A stretch of 45,323 nucleotides of DNA from Octopus bimaculoides (lineage: Eukaryota): NCBI RefSeq assembly GCF_001194135.2, contig NC_068983.1, forward strand, positions 85,455,572 to 85,500,894, given 5' to 3'. Position numbers and translations under genes: made by a program. Positions 10,781-23,630 of the stretch are shown in pieces. The number at the start of each line of letters is the position of its first letter. Positions within the stretch are counted from its first letter, which is position 1. The notes under the pieces are model-generated. The model made no database searches and had not been told where the DNA came from. It saw only the letters and a program-made list of their open reading frames with translations.

Positions 10781-10993
10781 GAAGTCAGTGAGCTGGCAGA
10801 ATCGTTAATGTGCGGGATAAAATGCTTAGCGGCATTTTGTCCATCTTCATGCTTTGAATTCAAATTCTACTAAGTTTGACTTTGCCTTTGATCTTTTGGA
10901 GTCAATGAAATAAGTACCAGTTGAGCACTGGGAGTTGATGTAATTGACTTGCCCATCCCTGAAAGTGCTGGTCGTGTGCCTAAATTTGAAACC
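10781..10993 (+). mobile_element. Family B SINE
   Basis: gagctggcagaatcgtta..gaattcaaattc..aataagtaccag..tgtgcctaaatttgaaacc. Confidence 0.85.
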
Positions 10994-11939
10994 AATATTT
11001 ATTCAGATGAAGTTTATGTCTTGGTCACTAATTCCATGGTTTCATATCACACAACTTATATTGTCAACTTCAGTTAGTTCAGCCCCTTCCTTGCTAGTTC
11101 TTAGCTTCTCCCCATTCCCTGGGTTCACCTCATACTCCTCTTTGGACTTTCCTCTCCTCATTTTCCCCCCTTCTGCAAATTGAATTTTATGAGTGTCCTT
11201 CACTAAAATACTTTTAAATAGCTTTCTGGGTGCGGTCACTGATCGGCTTCCTCACTTGAACACCACCACCACCCTTTTCCCTTCTGTCATTACTTGAGGC
11301 ATTTAGCCATCTTTCCTTTCCAATTATTAACTTCCTGCCCCTTAATTCATCTTGGCACTTTCTCTCTCTCTCTCTCTCTCTCTCTCAGAACAAGAGACCT
11401 AAAATGTTAGAAACTTCAATGCTTGGAGCAATTGAATTTATCAAATTTTCATATAGACTAATATAGACAAAACCATCACCATTGTCTCAGAATCCAGCCT
11501 TTACCCCAACAAGTAACTGATTCCTTTCATTAGTACAAAGCTAAAAATATATAATTTGTGATTGTGCTTTATAAGCTAGCGACTTTTTTTTTTCTTTTTC
11601 TTTTCTGAAACACATTAGTAATGTTAAATGAACCAGTTTCAACTTGAACTCAGAATTAGTTGATTGATTCACAGATATTATTTACCCTGAATTTAGCACT
11701 ATGATAATGTCTATCTCAACATCTTGAAATAATAAGACTCTAGGTAACAAGAATGAAAGGGAGGAAACTTTATATGTCATCTATTTCTACTTCTCGGTTA
11801 CTAAAATAACATTGCATACCATACTTTGGTATTGACCTTCAAGAAATTTGACCTGAAATTCACCCTTTACCTATTTTCCAGCATACAAGTCAAATTTTTC
11901 AGACCAAAAATTCCATGTGAAATGCAGCAGAATCTGGAA

Positions 11940-13560
11940 AGATAGTGATAATGTTCAAATGTTTACACTACTTGTTTACACTATATACTACATAAACTTG
12001 CAAGCCAGAAAATATAGTATATCTTTTCTGAATGAAGTGTTTGGCTGAGGTAGTTTTAGAAGAAATATAATACTTTCAATTTATTTTACTTCATCCCACA
12101 CTGTGTGTAGATGAAGATAGTTTTCTTTTGTAGAAATGCTATGATATACTTTCATTTTGATTTCATGAAAATACAACACTCGTTTTATTTGCTTTTCCTC
12201 ACTACATATATGAGATGAGAACAATGAGATGGCAATTTGAAAATTCTAAGATGAATGAAAGCAATTTAGCGTGTGTGCTAATGAAAATACACCAGCATAA
12301 AGAAAAAAACGTGGGTTGCCAATTGGAAGAATATACTTCGACATTTCTCAAGGTTATGAAAGATTATCTGAGTATGATTTTATTATATGTACTCATTTCA
12401 GGAACTGAACACTTTTAGAGACAGCAATATCAAACATACAAGGAAGCTGCTTTAAAGATAGGCCTAATCAATTCTGATGATGAATTTGATAGAAGAGATA
12501 TAAATCATGTCTGTCAAATTGAAACTTGTTCTGCACCTCAAATTCAAGATCTGTTCATTTCAATATTGCTATTTTATGAAATCTCAGATAAATTGGGATT
12601 CTTCCTGTTACTGAAATGGAACTTCCTGTCTTTGAAACAGAACTTCCCTTCATCAGATTATCCTTGCATTGTCTGCAGCAGATACATCAGAAGTATTTCT
12701 ATTATCTCCAGACAGTTCCAACAACAACCCACAGAGAACTGATGCAAACAGTCAAAAAAGGTGCATAGAACCGTGAACGATAGTGTGTTTTTGACATCTT
12801 AATGGATTCTAAATTGAACAGTCCAAGTTCAAATCTTTCCTTTGTAGATGCTAATGGCAACCCCGGAAGGACATATTTCAATCAAATACTTAGTATTTGG
12901 AAGGATTTTGATTTTGGATCAACTAGTACTGGCTGTATTGTTCTACAACCCATACAACATTCCATATTTCAAGTACTTATGTTACAACACTGGGATACAA
13001 CTGCAGTAGAGTAGGCTACTTTTCAGGACTGCATATTTTTTNNNNNNNNNNTTATACTAATTAGAGCAAATTTCTTCTTTAAAATATTAAATTTTAAAGG
13101 TACAAATCCTATGAAATATCATATTAAATTATCAGCTAAGTTAATTTAACCTACAAGCAATTGTTATGCTTTAATTTATTAGCAAAATTTTCATTATGGG
13201 CTATTTTCTAACAATCCATTATATTTTGAAAATTTTGTGCTATTTTTTATGAAACTGATTTGGCAATCTGATAATTGCCAACAGCAAAATGGAATAAATA
13301 ATTTGAGATTGGTGTCTTCTGTTATGATGAAGCATCACAGATGTCAAAGTATAAGTCTGAAGTTGTTAAACACATATTTCATAGCAACAATATGGGGCTT
13401 CTGGGTAAATTTTGAAGAAAAACTGGATTGATGGCAAGATTCAGCTTCTAAATGGTGTTAAAGTTGAAGATTAAATGGCAGCTCAAGTTCTTGGAAATTC
13501 ACTCCATAGACTGAGCAATGCTATACCTTACCAAATCTGTCATTGATTCTATAAATTAGC
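11940..13560 (+). mobile_element. Decayed autonomous Helitron Rep/PIF1-like helicase relic
   Basis: ORF 12215-12418 continues in frame past one stop: ..KDYLSMILLYVLISGTEHF*RQQYQTYKEAALKIGLINSDDEFD..QIQDLFISILLF, matching the Helitron R.LL..V.G..SF / T..EA...GL..DD.E / QLR.LF..IL blocks. Walker A relic FVDANGNPGRTYFNQIL (ORF 12802), then QHSIF, then Walker B IGVFCYDEASQM at about 13308-13343. Confidence 0.85.
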
Positions 13561-13847
13561 AAATTAACAACATGTTGGTGAAACCATCATTTACAAAAAC
13601 ACTGATTCTTTCAATGAGGGGGGGATATCAATTTGTGAAATCACCTGATGGAGTTCTGAAACAGCTGTAACTCTGATGGAGTGCCTCACCCTAGTAACAT
13701 ACACCAGTCTTGATAAAAAAGTAAAGCTTAATGATATTTCAAATTTTAACTAAGGCTATTAAGCTGTGCAACGGAACAAGAATTCGAAAAAGGTATTTAC
13801 ATTAACCCTTCAACATTCTGATTACTCTGTCAAATATTATGCTTATT

Positions 13848-14057
13848 TACTCTTTACTCTTTTACTCTTTTACAAGTTTCAGTCTTTTGACTGTGACCAT
13901 ACAGGAGCACCACCTTTAGTCGAACAAATCGACCCCAGGACTTATTCTTTAGAAGCCTAGTATTTATTCTATCGGTCTCTTTTGCCGAACCACTAAGTTA
14001 CGGGGACGTAAACACACCAGCATCGGTTGTCAAGCGATGTTGGGGGGACAAACACAA

Positions 14058-14141
<84 letters not shown>

Positions 14142-14303
14142 GACGGGCTTCTTTCAGTTTCCATCTACCAAATCCACTCACAAGGCTTTGGTCGGCCCGA
14201 GGCTATAGAAGAAGACACTTGCCCAAGGTGCCATGCAGTGGGACTGAACCTGGAACCATGTGGTTGGTAAGCAAGCGACTTACCACACAGCCACTCCTAC
14301 GCC
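13848..14303 (-). mobile_element. Near full-length SINE family A with internal (TA)n(TG)n microsatellite
   Basis: Minus strand: GGCGTAGGAGTGGCTGTGTGGTAAG (A box), GGTTCAGTCCC (B box), CACCTTGGGCAAGTG, an internal SSR at about 14058-14140, and an (AAAGAGT)n tail. Confidence 0.92.
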
Positions 14304-14328
14304 TATTATTTATTCATATTGTTTTAAA

Positions 14329-14492
14329 TTAATCCTGTATTATCTCACAACTTTGAGATTTCGATGATGTGATTGTTTATTGTTAGAATGTCATTGTAGG
14401 GAAAGCATGAAAGGCTGGATCAGTAATGTTTGAACATAAAGCAGGTAGAATATTTGGGTTGGATACAGTCAGTTTGAATGCTAAAAGGTTAA
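14329..14492 (-). mobile_element. TTAA-flanked MITE, truncated
   Basis: Ends with gaatgctaaaaggTTAA; the interior is the reverse complement of 3134-3290. Confidence 0.7.
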
Positions 14493-15323
14493 TGAATGAT
14501 TGAAGGCAACACTGTTACAGAAGGTGAACAGTATGGAAAACATGTCATTGTACTAGAAATGAAACAGACCTTCTGATATTATTGAATTCCCCCCCATACA
14601 CAATTACAGCTTCCAGTTTGAATGGATTTTAATTTGCAGTTACAATCAATAAATCTCAATGTCAGTCATTGAGTAAAATAACTTAGTTCTTCTCAACTGA
14701 TTTATGTGAACAGGGACAACTGTAAATTGTTTCTGTCAAGAACAACACAGGGTGCTGCAGGCATGGTGACAATGTTGCAAAAAAATCACTACCATTATGT
14801 ACAGCAAAGTTTTCCAGTGCTAAAATTTTATTTACTCAATTTCATATCATCCCAATACTTAATTAGGATAATTTCATTTATACAAACATAGGCTTCATTA
14901 CTTATCTACATTTTTACACTATTTTGTTTCTTTCTAATCATCATCTAACATCTACAATGACAGCTGCTGCCAAGCAAAGTAAGAGCAGGTGCACTTGTCC
15001 ACACTATAAAATCAATTATTAAGTTATTTCAGTACCTCACTAACTTCCATGATCACTGCCTATCTCCATCATTTACTAGAGAAACTCAAGTTCAACAGCT
15101 ACATTAAAAGCACAGTCCCATTAACACTTATTACTTACAAAAGTTAAACATGAATTTCTCTTGGTCTCACAATGTCGTATATACATATTGTATCCCAGTT
15201 TTTAAATTAAGTGCACCATATCTCTGCATTTCCTACAAGGCTATTAAAGGGTTGGCATAAGGAAGGGCACCCAACCATAAAACACTGTCTTAAAAAGTTT
15301 ATCCAACAAAGTGTGTGTGTGTA

Positions 15324-15375
<52 letters not shown>

Positions 15376-15379
15376 AATG

Positions 15380-15697
15380 CACTCGTGGTGGTGCCATGTA
15401 AAAGCGCCTGTGTACAGCAACACATAAAAGTGTTGATGCAGCATCACGTAAGTACCCATGCAGCGTCACATAAAAGCATGTGTACAGTGTCATGTAAAAG
15501 CATCTGTGCAACGCCACATAAAAGCACCCAGCACACTGTAAAGTGATTGACATTAGGAAGGGCATCCAGCCATAGAAACCATGCCAAATTAGACTGGAGT
15601 CTGGTGCAGCCTCCAGCTTTGTAGCTCTAGTCACACCGTCCAACCCATGCCAGTATAGATAACGGACATCAAATGATGATAATGATGATGATGATGG
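15380..15697 (+). mobile_element. RTE LINE 3' UTR fragment with ~21-bp degenerate tandem repeats
   Basis: Repeated gccatgtaaaagc/gtcacataaaagc units, then aggaagggcatccagc, ccaacccatgccag and an (atg)n tail. Confidence 0.85.
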
Positions 15698-16109
15698 CAA
15701 TGTAGTAAGGAAGTTCACTTTGGAATTCCAGTTACAGGTTTGTCCCTATAACATGGAAATTGTCTACAGGTCAATAGTCACAGGTTACCCAATACCATAT
15801 GAATGAAATTGGTAGACAAAAATTGAAAATGCTCATCATATGTGTCTGCATGCACATGCGCATATGTGAACTCACATCTTCACAAGTTGTGTGTCATTTC
15901 TAAACAAAAGTCTTAACATTCAAACAAACAGCTTTGTTTGTTTCCAGTCTTTCACAAAAGTGTGTTGTTCAATAGAATGGGTGGGGGGTGGTTCACTATC
16001 TTGCTAGAAAACAGGTGAGATTAGTACCAAGAAGGGTTTCTGAGTGTAGAAGATTTCGCCTCAATGTAGTCTCAACCCATGCAAGCATGGAAAAATAAGT
16101 TAAAACAGC

Positions 16110-16148
<39 letters not shown>

Positions 16149-16789
16149 TGCATGCACACACACACACGCACATACATATAAATAAAAGAAAAGTCTGAAT
16201 ACTTGAATTTTTCTTTAGAGAATAATTAACAATGCAAATAACTTATATATTATTTTTGTAATTTGCAGTCGATCCAACATAAAATTTCAAAGTATTAAAG
16301 AGTTTGAACTGTCCACTTACATACACCATTTTCATATTGATGATATCCATTTATGGGCAATTATTAATTACTCAAGAGTTATATCAAAACTTATCAACCA
16401 TATTATGTTTAAATATGAGTTATCTGTTTCAGAGTCTCAAACAGATCTGGAAGTATCTGGAGAATCATAGATTTCTTTGATTTTTTTAATTAAGTCATTA
16501 TTAGAAATTGTGCTAACATTATTACAACTTGTGGTCAATTGTTAATTTGACCAAGATTTAATGAATGTGTAATATGTAACATATGGTATAATTATAAACA
16601 GGGCAAATTTTAGCCATTTCTTCACAGCAGACTGAAAAAATGATGAACAACCTTAATCGATTTTCAAACCTTATGTCTGCTTCAAATATATAAAACACAC
16701 ATTTCATATATTTGAAGTACTAGTTATAAACGAAAAACCATACTAAGGAATCAAGATAGGGTTAGACATTGAGAACATTATGCGATGCA

Positions 16790-17040
16790 TTATCATCATC
16801 ATTTAACATTCACTTTTCCATGCTTGCACAGATCAGATGGCATTTATTTGAAGCATATTTTCTACAGCCATGTTCTTCCTGCTGCCAATCCTCACCTGTT
16901 TCCAAACAAGGTAATATTTCCCATAGCCAGACATGTTCTTACAGAATATTAGAAATGAGTGACACTGCTTGTGTGACACTGCTTGTGTGACACTGACACT
17001 CGTTTACAATTATCACATGATGCCAAGACAGACAGATACA
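16790..17040 (-). mobile_element. LINE 3'-end-type repeat (family F)
   Basis: catcatcatcatttaacattcacttttccatgc tail; similar to 3558-3800; contains the 14-bp duplication tgacactgcttgtg. Confidence 0.55.
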
Positions 17041-17044
17041 GACA

Positions 17045-17085
<41 letters not shown>

Positions 17086-17095
17086 NNNNNNNNNN

Positions 17096-17129
<34 letters not shown>

Positions 17130-17133
<4 letters not shown>

Positions 17134-17300
17134 CAACAGGCATCTTTCAGTTTCTGTCTACCAAATCCATGCACAAAGTTTTGGTTAGTCCGAGGCTATA
17201 GTAGAAGACACTTGATCAAGGTGCCATGCAGTGGTACTGAACCCAGAACCATGTAGTTGGGAAGTAAACTTCCTACCATACACCCATACCTGTACAATCC
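17130..17300 (-). mobile_element. SINE family A, 5' half
   Basis: ctttcagttttctgtctaccaaatcc..gaagacacttgatcaaggtgcc..ggtactgaaccc. Confidence 0.85.
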
Positions 17301-17444
17301 TACCTGTGCCTACATAACTGTTCTTATAGATCTTTCAATACATCTTTCCATTATGTTGAAAATTTAGATTATATTTTTAATTTCATTCATTAATTGTGCT
17401 TGTAAAAAGTGTAACTCACAATCATATATATAACAAGCAGAATA

Positions 17445-17645
17445 ATAATGGCATCAAATTTGGCACAAGGCCAGAAATTTCAGAGGAGGGGGTTAAGTCA
17501 ATTACATTGGCCCCAGTGTTCAACTGGTACTAATCTTATTGACCCCAAAAGGATGAAAGGTAAAGTCAACCTTGGCAGAATTTGAACTCAGAACATAAAG
17601 CATTTTGCCTCGCATGCTAACCATTCTGCCAGCTTGCCACCCTAA
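17445..17645 (-). mobile_element. Family B SINE flanked by (AAT)n on both sides
   Basis: aataataatggcatcaaatttggcacaaggcc..ggatgaaaggtaaagtcaacc..ctgccagcttgccacc..gaataataataa. Confidence 0.88.
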
Positions 17646-18120
17646 ACAGAATAATAATAACAGCTTCTCAAATGATTTACAAAGCTGAAGTGACTTACTG
17701 TCACATTATCCAATAACCTATTCAAAGAGGGATATTGCTTTTTATTTTCTTCCCCCACCCCATTTCATCAAACAAAAGTAGTAAAGCTAAGCAACAACAT
17801 TGAAGATAAATAAGATAAAAGAAGTAACTTCAATGGCATATGAAACAAAAGTGGCCTAATAATCCATGGTATCTAGTCCAAATTAGCATAGTTGTGATAG
17901 CATGCCATAAAGGCAGTTAACCTGAACCAAAATATTAAGTGCATATGTTTTAAGAGAATTACATTGAATCAATACATTTTGGGCCAATAAACACAGACAA
18001 CAACAAAACTGTTTGTGGCTCCATGAATCAGTTGTTTTTTACTCATGGAAAGTGAATGGACACAGTAAATAATATTTTCAGGCTATGAGGGTTAGAAACC
18101 AGAAAATATGATAAAAGCAA

Positions 18121-18412
18121 TTAACCCTTTTAATACAACTCCATCTGAGACAGCTCCTGGTTCAATGATACAAACTTACTGTTTTAATCCTTTAGTATTT
18201 AAACCAACCATATCTGGCCCAAATATTTTACCTCTTTTATGTTCACACTAGCCAGATCAGGCTTCTCACATCTACCCTACCATGTCATCTTGAAAATTAT
18301 ACAATCATGTCATCAAAATCTTAAAGCTACCAGATGATGCATGAATAATTAAAAGCAACGTGAATAAATAAGAATCACCTTTGACAGAGGAATCTGAGTG
18401 TTAAAGGGTTAA
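18121..18412 (+). mobile_element. TTAA-flanked piggyBac-like MITE (long form)
   Basis: TTAA|CCCTTT(18125)...AAAGGG|TTAA(18412). The short form begins internally near 18186 (atcctttagtatttaaacc). Confidence 0.82.
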
Positions 18413-19255
18413 AGTCATCTAAATCAATATTTTTCCATCCAAATTTCATGTGAATTTGTGCTCTAAACACTGGCTTAATGATGAAAACGTTATTTTACTA
18501 AATTCTTCATTATTTCAACATTAAATGAAACAAAGCCAGTGTATTTCAACAGAAATATGGTAACAAAAGCATTTTAATATTTAATCTGATCTGATTTGTA
18601 AGCTACTTAATAGTTTGAGAGAAAATGTGGAAAGGAAGTGAATTCTATAGAGATAAAATTCTAGAATGGATCAGGGATTAATTAATATGTAAGGTCTGCA
18701 ACTGAATAACACTTCTCAAATTCTAGGCTGCTTTATTATCTTTAAAAAAATAATAATAATAATAAAATCAACAACCATTTAGCTGTGATTTCATATTTTT
18801 GTATGTAAAGTAAACTTTGCTAAAGTTCTAAACTTAGAACCAATAAATCAAAATTTTTATAAGTATTTTTTATTCATTCAATTTAAATATGTTTAACATG
18901 ATGCTGAAAAACAGTTACAATTAAAATTGAGCTGAAAGCTATAACTGAACTAAAATCAGATGTTTCACTGCTTAGCTATTTTGTATTACATTAGGTTTGT
19001 TTTGTTTTTGACATTTTACGCCTCACTTTCCCTGGGTGAGGTAGATATTATTTATGTTTGTTGTTGTTAAATCAATTGTTTTTACAGCTGGATACCCTCC
19101 CCACCAATAATAAGTCAACTGTGAATTAGGAGTAGAACTGGTTTTGCCAGTCAGGTAAACTGGAACAAAGTTATAGAAATAATAAATCTGAATGCAATGC
19201 TTGTCATTGACGTATTAATTAACTCTATCTCTCTCTCTCTCTCTCTCTCTTCAAG

Positions 19256-19473
19256 TCACCTTGAGGCTATTGCTGCAACAACTTCAATGAAACATTTACA
19301 GTATTGGGTGAAGGTTAGAAAATTTGAAGATTTTTCAGAATTCAACCACGGCCAACAAATGAAATTGTATCCTTGGCTCAACTTCAAGATTAACTGCTGT
19401 GCTATTACATGAGACAAGTTGGATGTTTCCAGTTTGAAAATGGCCTCACAGTTCATGCTATCTTATTTATTAC
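19256..19473 (+). other. Candidate 218-nt exon (non-coding or UTR-like)
   Basis: Branch-like attaac, (CT)n tract, ttcaag| acceptor and TAC|gtaagt donor. All three frames contain stops. Confidence 0.25.
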
Positions 19474-20210
19474 GTAAGTATTTAAACACGTTATATGTAA
19501 AATAAAAACGAACGATAAAAACTTGAGTGCGGTATTTTATCTTAGCACATTCTAACCATTCCTGGAAGCTCAAAGATTCCTGATAATGCTGCATTAGAGT
19601 TTGATATTTTTAAGATATTACATAGTATTATTAACACTACGCATAAATAGAAATCCTTCAACTGGATGTAGAAGCAAGTGAGTAAATATTCTTAAAAGAG
19701 ATATTTTAAAATTATTAACATCATCTTATTTATGGAATTTATGGAATTTTTAAATCCATATTCACTGCTAATCTTTAAATTCTGCAATATATTTTAATTG
19801 GATTTATTATTAGCATTGCTGAGGCCACCTAAAACCAGATCTTTGCATTAATTCTTTAAACAAATATCTGTTAATTCCTCTCCAGGCCTTACTTTGACTG
19901 CAATCAGGCTTTATATAAGATAAAAAATATTTTTAAAACCATTGCTTTTTTTTTTTTTCTTTGTTTGTTTTTTTAATGCTAGAATATACAGAAGCCATTG
20001 CATGTAAAAGATGGTAATAATAATATTCTGATTTTGAGACATGCTTCAAGCAGCTGAAACTGGAAAAGTTTGGCACTGACAACATTCAAAATTTTGGTTG
20101 TTATTTTGACAATGTCTGTCTATGCTCCAACACAATCCAGATCAAGTACCTAGATGGCTCCTTATTTGTGGAACATCAATCCTTGAGAAATTACCAATAG
20201 GTAATCCTAC

Positions 20211-20267
20211 CTCGTTACTCGTTTGTTAGTAATTTGTAAATTACCATCCAAAATATTATCAGAGTAA
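20211..20267 (-). other. Candidate 57-nt symmetric coding exon (xYSDNILDGNLQITNKRVTx)
   Basis: On the minus strand a long C/T tract (20281-20370) precedes gttcag|, and the donor is GAG|gtagga. Only one frame is open and the length is divisible by 3. Confidence 0.3.
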
Positions 20268-20779
20268 CTGAACATTTAAAAGGACAGAGGGAGAGAGAGG
20301 GGGAAGAGAGAGGGGGAAGAGAGAGAAAGAGAGAATGTAATTCCTGCAGAACAAAAGAGAGAGAGTGTATAATTGCTGCAGAACAAGAGGGATTTATGTA
20401 TAAGTCCTACAAGACAACTGACCAGCTCCCTCGTCATCGCAATTTGTTGCCCCTGTAGCTGCAGGCACATTTTGTCACCTTGAGAAGGGTGCTTAAAAGA
20501 AATACATCACAAAGTTTATTTCCGATACTTTAAGCTGTAAACAGGCTACTCCCAATTCAAAATGAGGCTAAACTTCTGTTTTCTGATGCCATTTTCATTG
20601 TTTATATACTAACTATGAAGTAAACAAACTTTGAAACCAATTGCAGTTTTTTTTTTGTTTTTTTTTTTTTAACTGAATGAAAATGGCTGCTTTTGCATTT
20701 GAAGCTTTTCTGAAAGAAATCGTGTCTGATTCTTACTCAGGCGAATATCGATGATGAAATTATTCGAGGAGATAACAAG

Positions 20780-22680
20780 GACATAGACTGTGCTAATGTT
20801 ATACTAAGAATGATGTACCAAGTGGGTGCTATCATCCATGGTTGGCTGATTTAAGGAAAGTACTGGCTCCAAGGAGGTACATTTCTGAGGGGCTACTCTT
20901 TCATCAATTCCTTAATGCATTGCATAAAAATATTATTCATCCATTCCTTTATTAGTAGACAAAATAATCAAGTCTGTACATACAACAAAAGTTATAACAA
21001 ATTTAAAACAGTAGGTGCTCATATCTTCTGTTCCCTCAAAAATTATGCAGTGGCAGGGAAAACTATTCTAAGGGTAAATCATTGAGCTAAAGGTTATGAC
21101 TCTACTGAATGATGTGCAAGTTAACAAAAGGAACCCATTGTGTTCCTCAACTGATTACAAGAAAGTTTTTGGTCAATCCCAACATAACTGGCATGAAAAG
21201 CTAGAAGTGCATCAATTTGAGGACACCACAATGAACTTCATCTCAACAAAATGAAGAAGCAGTCTGTTCTAACAGTGACCAACACCACCACCACAACTGT
21301 AAGCTGAAGCTGCAGACAAATAACAACTGGGATATTCCAAGATGATTGAACATCTAGTCTTTAAATTCATCTTATGCTTATTGTCTTCAAGCTGGTTGAC
21401 CATCTCCTCTTAATAGAACATCTAAAGCTGTATAGTGAAAGTGGTCACCAGCTTTAGAATTTCTTTAGAGCAATATGGCAAGAACATAAAAAGGCCCTCT
21501 GGATGGGGAAATGCAAAGTAACAATATCAAACAGACTGATTAGTTAAGAAACTGATTAGGGAACACCACAGAAAGAAGATAATTCATGAAGTGAACAATT
21601 CTATTCTCTAAAAATGGAAAATGAATATTTTGACAGACACAAAATTTTTTTTAATGCATCTCATAAGCTCAGAGCAAGAATGTTATTTGTATTCTTAACA
21701 GATATGCACTAACAGGAACAAAGCAAATCTAGATTCATTAGACCAGAACAAAAGAAATCTACAAAGAAAAAAACCTCCACCACATACTACACAATGAGTC
21801 TGATTAAAGATCCCCATAAGAGAAGGCAGCAGGTGACTAATGAGCATTAAAGAGCAGCTTAAGACAGTCTGCAACATAATCTTTGTCAATTATGTTAAAA
21901 GATAGCAAGTTGATAAAATTCTGCCAAGAAAATGGATTAGATTTTGAACAGCTAAAGTCTAAATCAAAAGCAGTGGCAAGATGAAAATACTGATGACACA
22001 TAAATCAACCAAGGTGGACATCTATAAAGACATGGCCAATACTTCTGCAAAGTAGATACTCTATTTAAAACTAACTATAGCCTGAATGAACAAAATTCAA
22101 GGCCATCACTACTAAATATATTGACAGGAATTTCTACAATTCTTACAATAAAGATTATAAATGTCACTTAAGTGGTATATTTTCTGAAGAACTACTATAC
22201 ATTGTATCAACATCTCCTACACTAGCACAGACAAAATATACTTGAAAATGCAATAATATAGCAAATCTGCTCTATGTACACCTAACCATCAAATTTTAAC
22301 TCCTTGAAAAAAAAAAGCTCTGTTGTATTCATGTGAACCACCACTTGTCTTAGAAAATGACATGAAAATACTATGAAACTACAGCAGATAGACCAACAGA
22401 CTGCATATGATAAGCTTGACATCATTTTCCATGACAAGAATGACAATACTGTACTAATTATCAGCATAGAAATACCAAATAAACTAATGATGTGTAGAAG
22501 CAAGTTAAAAAGCTAAGGAATTACGCCAACCTAGCTGTTAAACTTGTTAAGGAATTTGTCTAACATCTCCAACTGAAAGAATAAACAACATTGACAGAAA
22601 ACCTACATGAATAGGCATAGGAATATTCCAGAGAATTGCAATACTGAGGTCTGTATAAATTACTTGTACATTCTCAAACA
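20780..22680 (+). mobile_element. Decayed REL-endonuclease non-LTR retrotransposon (R4/Dong or NeSL-like)
   Basis: Ordered relic motifs: DYKKVFGQSQHNW (21153), GIFQDD (21329), VDHLLLIEHLKLY (21395), NVICILNRYAL, LKIPIREGSR*L, zinc-knuckle relic EELLYIVSTSPTLAQTKY (22186), and REL-like DKLDIIFHDKNDNTVLIISIEIP (22409). Many stops and frameshifts. Confidence 0.85.
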
Positions 22681-23469
22681 TCATTTATTAACCTTAAATG
22701 TTTTTTTTTTAATGCACGTTTTCCAAGATGTACTTAATTTTTGTTTCAAGAGGAGGAATCCTAACTTACCATTCTCTTTTATTGTTCATTGTTTGAGAAA
22801 TATTAGGAAACAAACTTCTTACCACACAGCTATGCCTGCATCTATATTAACCTATTATTAATAGTGAAGAAAGGACTGTAAACCATTTCAAGAAACCATT
22901 ATATTTTAATAAGAAAAATTATTCAATTCCAGCATTATGACTTCACCTCAAACTAAACCAAGACATGAATATAGAAAGATGGAAAAAAAAAATTGAACTA
23001 AATATCTATCACTAAAAGTACTTTGCAAAAGAAAAAGAAATTAAGATGATGTTCTCAAAATGCTTATTAAAACAAGAATTTAGTCCAAACACTAATATTT
23101 TCTTTCAGACAGTCTGAAAGAAAAAGTGTAAAATAGCTTTTATGATAATGTAAGATACAAATTTTTATTTATAAAAAAAAAATTGTTTTTAAACCAATGT
23201 AACATTAACCACAAGGGTTATGTTTGTCAGGCACAGAGTTTCATACAAACTATTCAAAAAAGAAGGAGCTATGATAAAATAACCATTATCTTTTTACCCT
23301 AATACTTCACTGGTAATTTATTTCATTGTCATCCACCACTACCCGAACTCCATAGGATGACAGATAAAGCTTACCTTAGCAGAATTTGAATATTCTGAAT
23401 GGAAAGGATTACAACTAAAATACTGTAAAGCATTTTGTTTGTCGCTTTGCTGAATATGTTAATCCACTG

Positions 23470-23630
23470 AATTATGGCACCGTAAAGGGCATCCAGTTCT
23501 AGAAACCTTGCCAAAGTAGACACTGGAGTCCAATGCAGCTCTCTGGCTAGTCAAATCCTGTCTAACTGTCCAATGGATGCCAGCTTGGAATATGGATGTT
23601 AAATGACTATTACAACACCACTATGATGTC
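23470..23630 (+). mobile_element. RTE LINE 3' UTR fragment (decayed)
   Basis: aagggcatccagttctagaaacc..cactggagtcc..gccagcttggaatatggatgttaaatgact. Confidence 0.7.

Noticed and set aside
11040-11340. Possible LINE APE endonuclease relic on the minus strand (NDRREKGGGGV)
   Set aside because: A single short motif in purine-rich low-complexity sequence.
16269-16470. 66-codon open frame after tttttgtaatttgcag
   Set aside because: No recognisable homology or donor; open frames of this length are expected by chance in 45 kb.
20423-20491. Minus-strand 69-nt exon candidate upstream of 20211-20267
   Set aside because: Weak donor (gtcagt), and the only phase compatible with the downstream candidate contains a stop.
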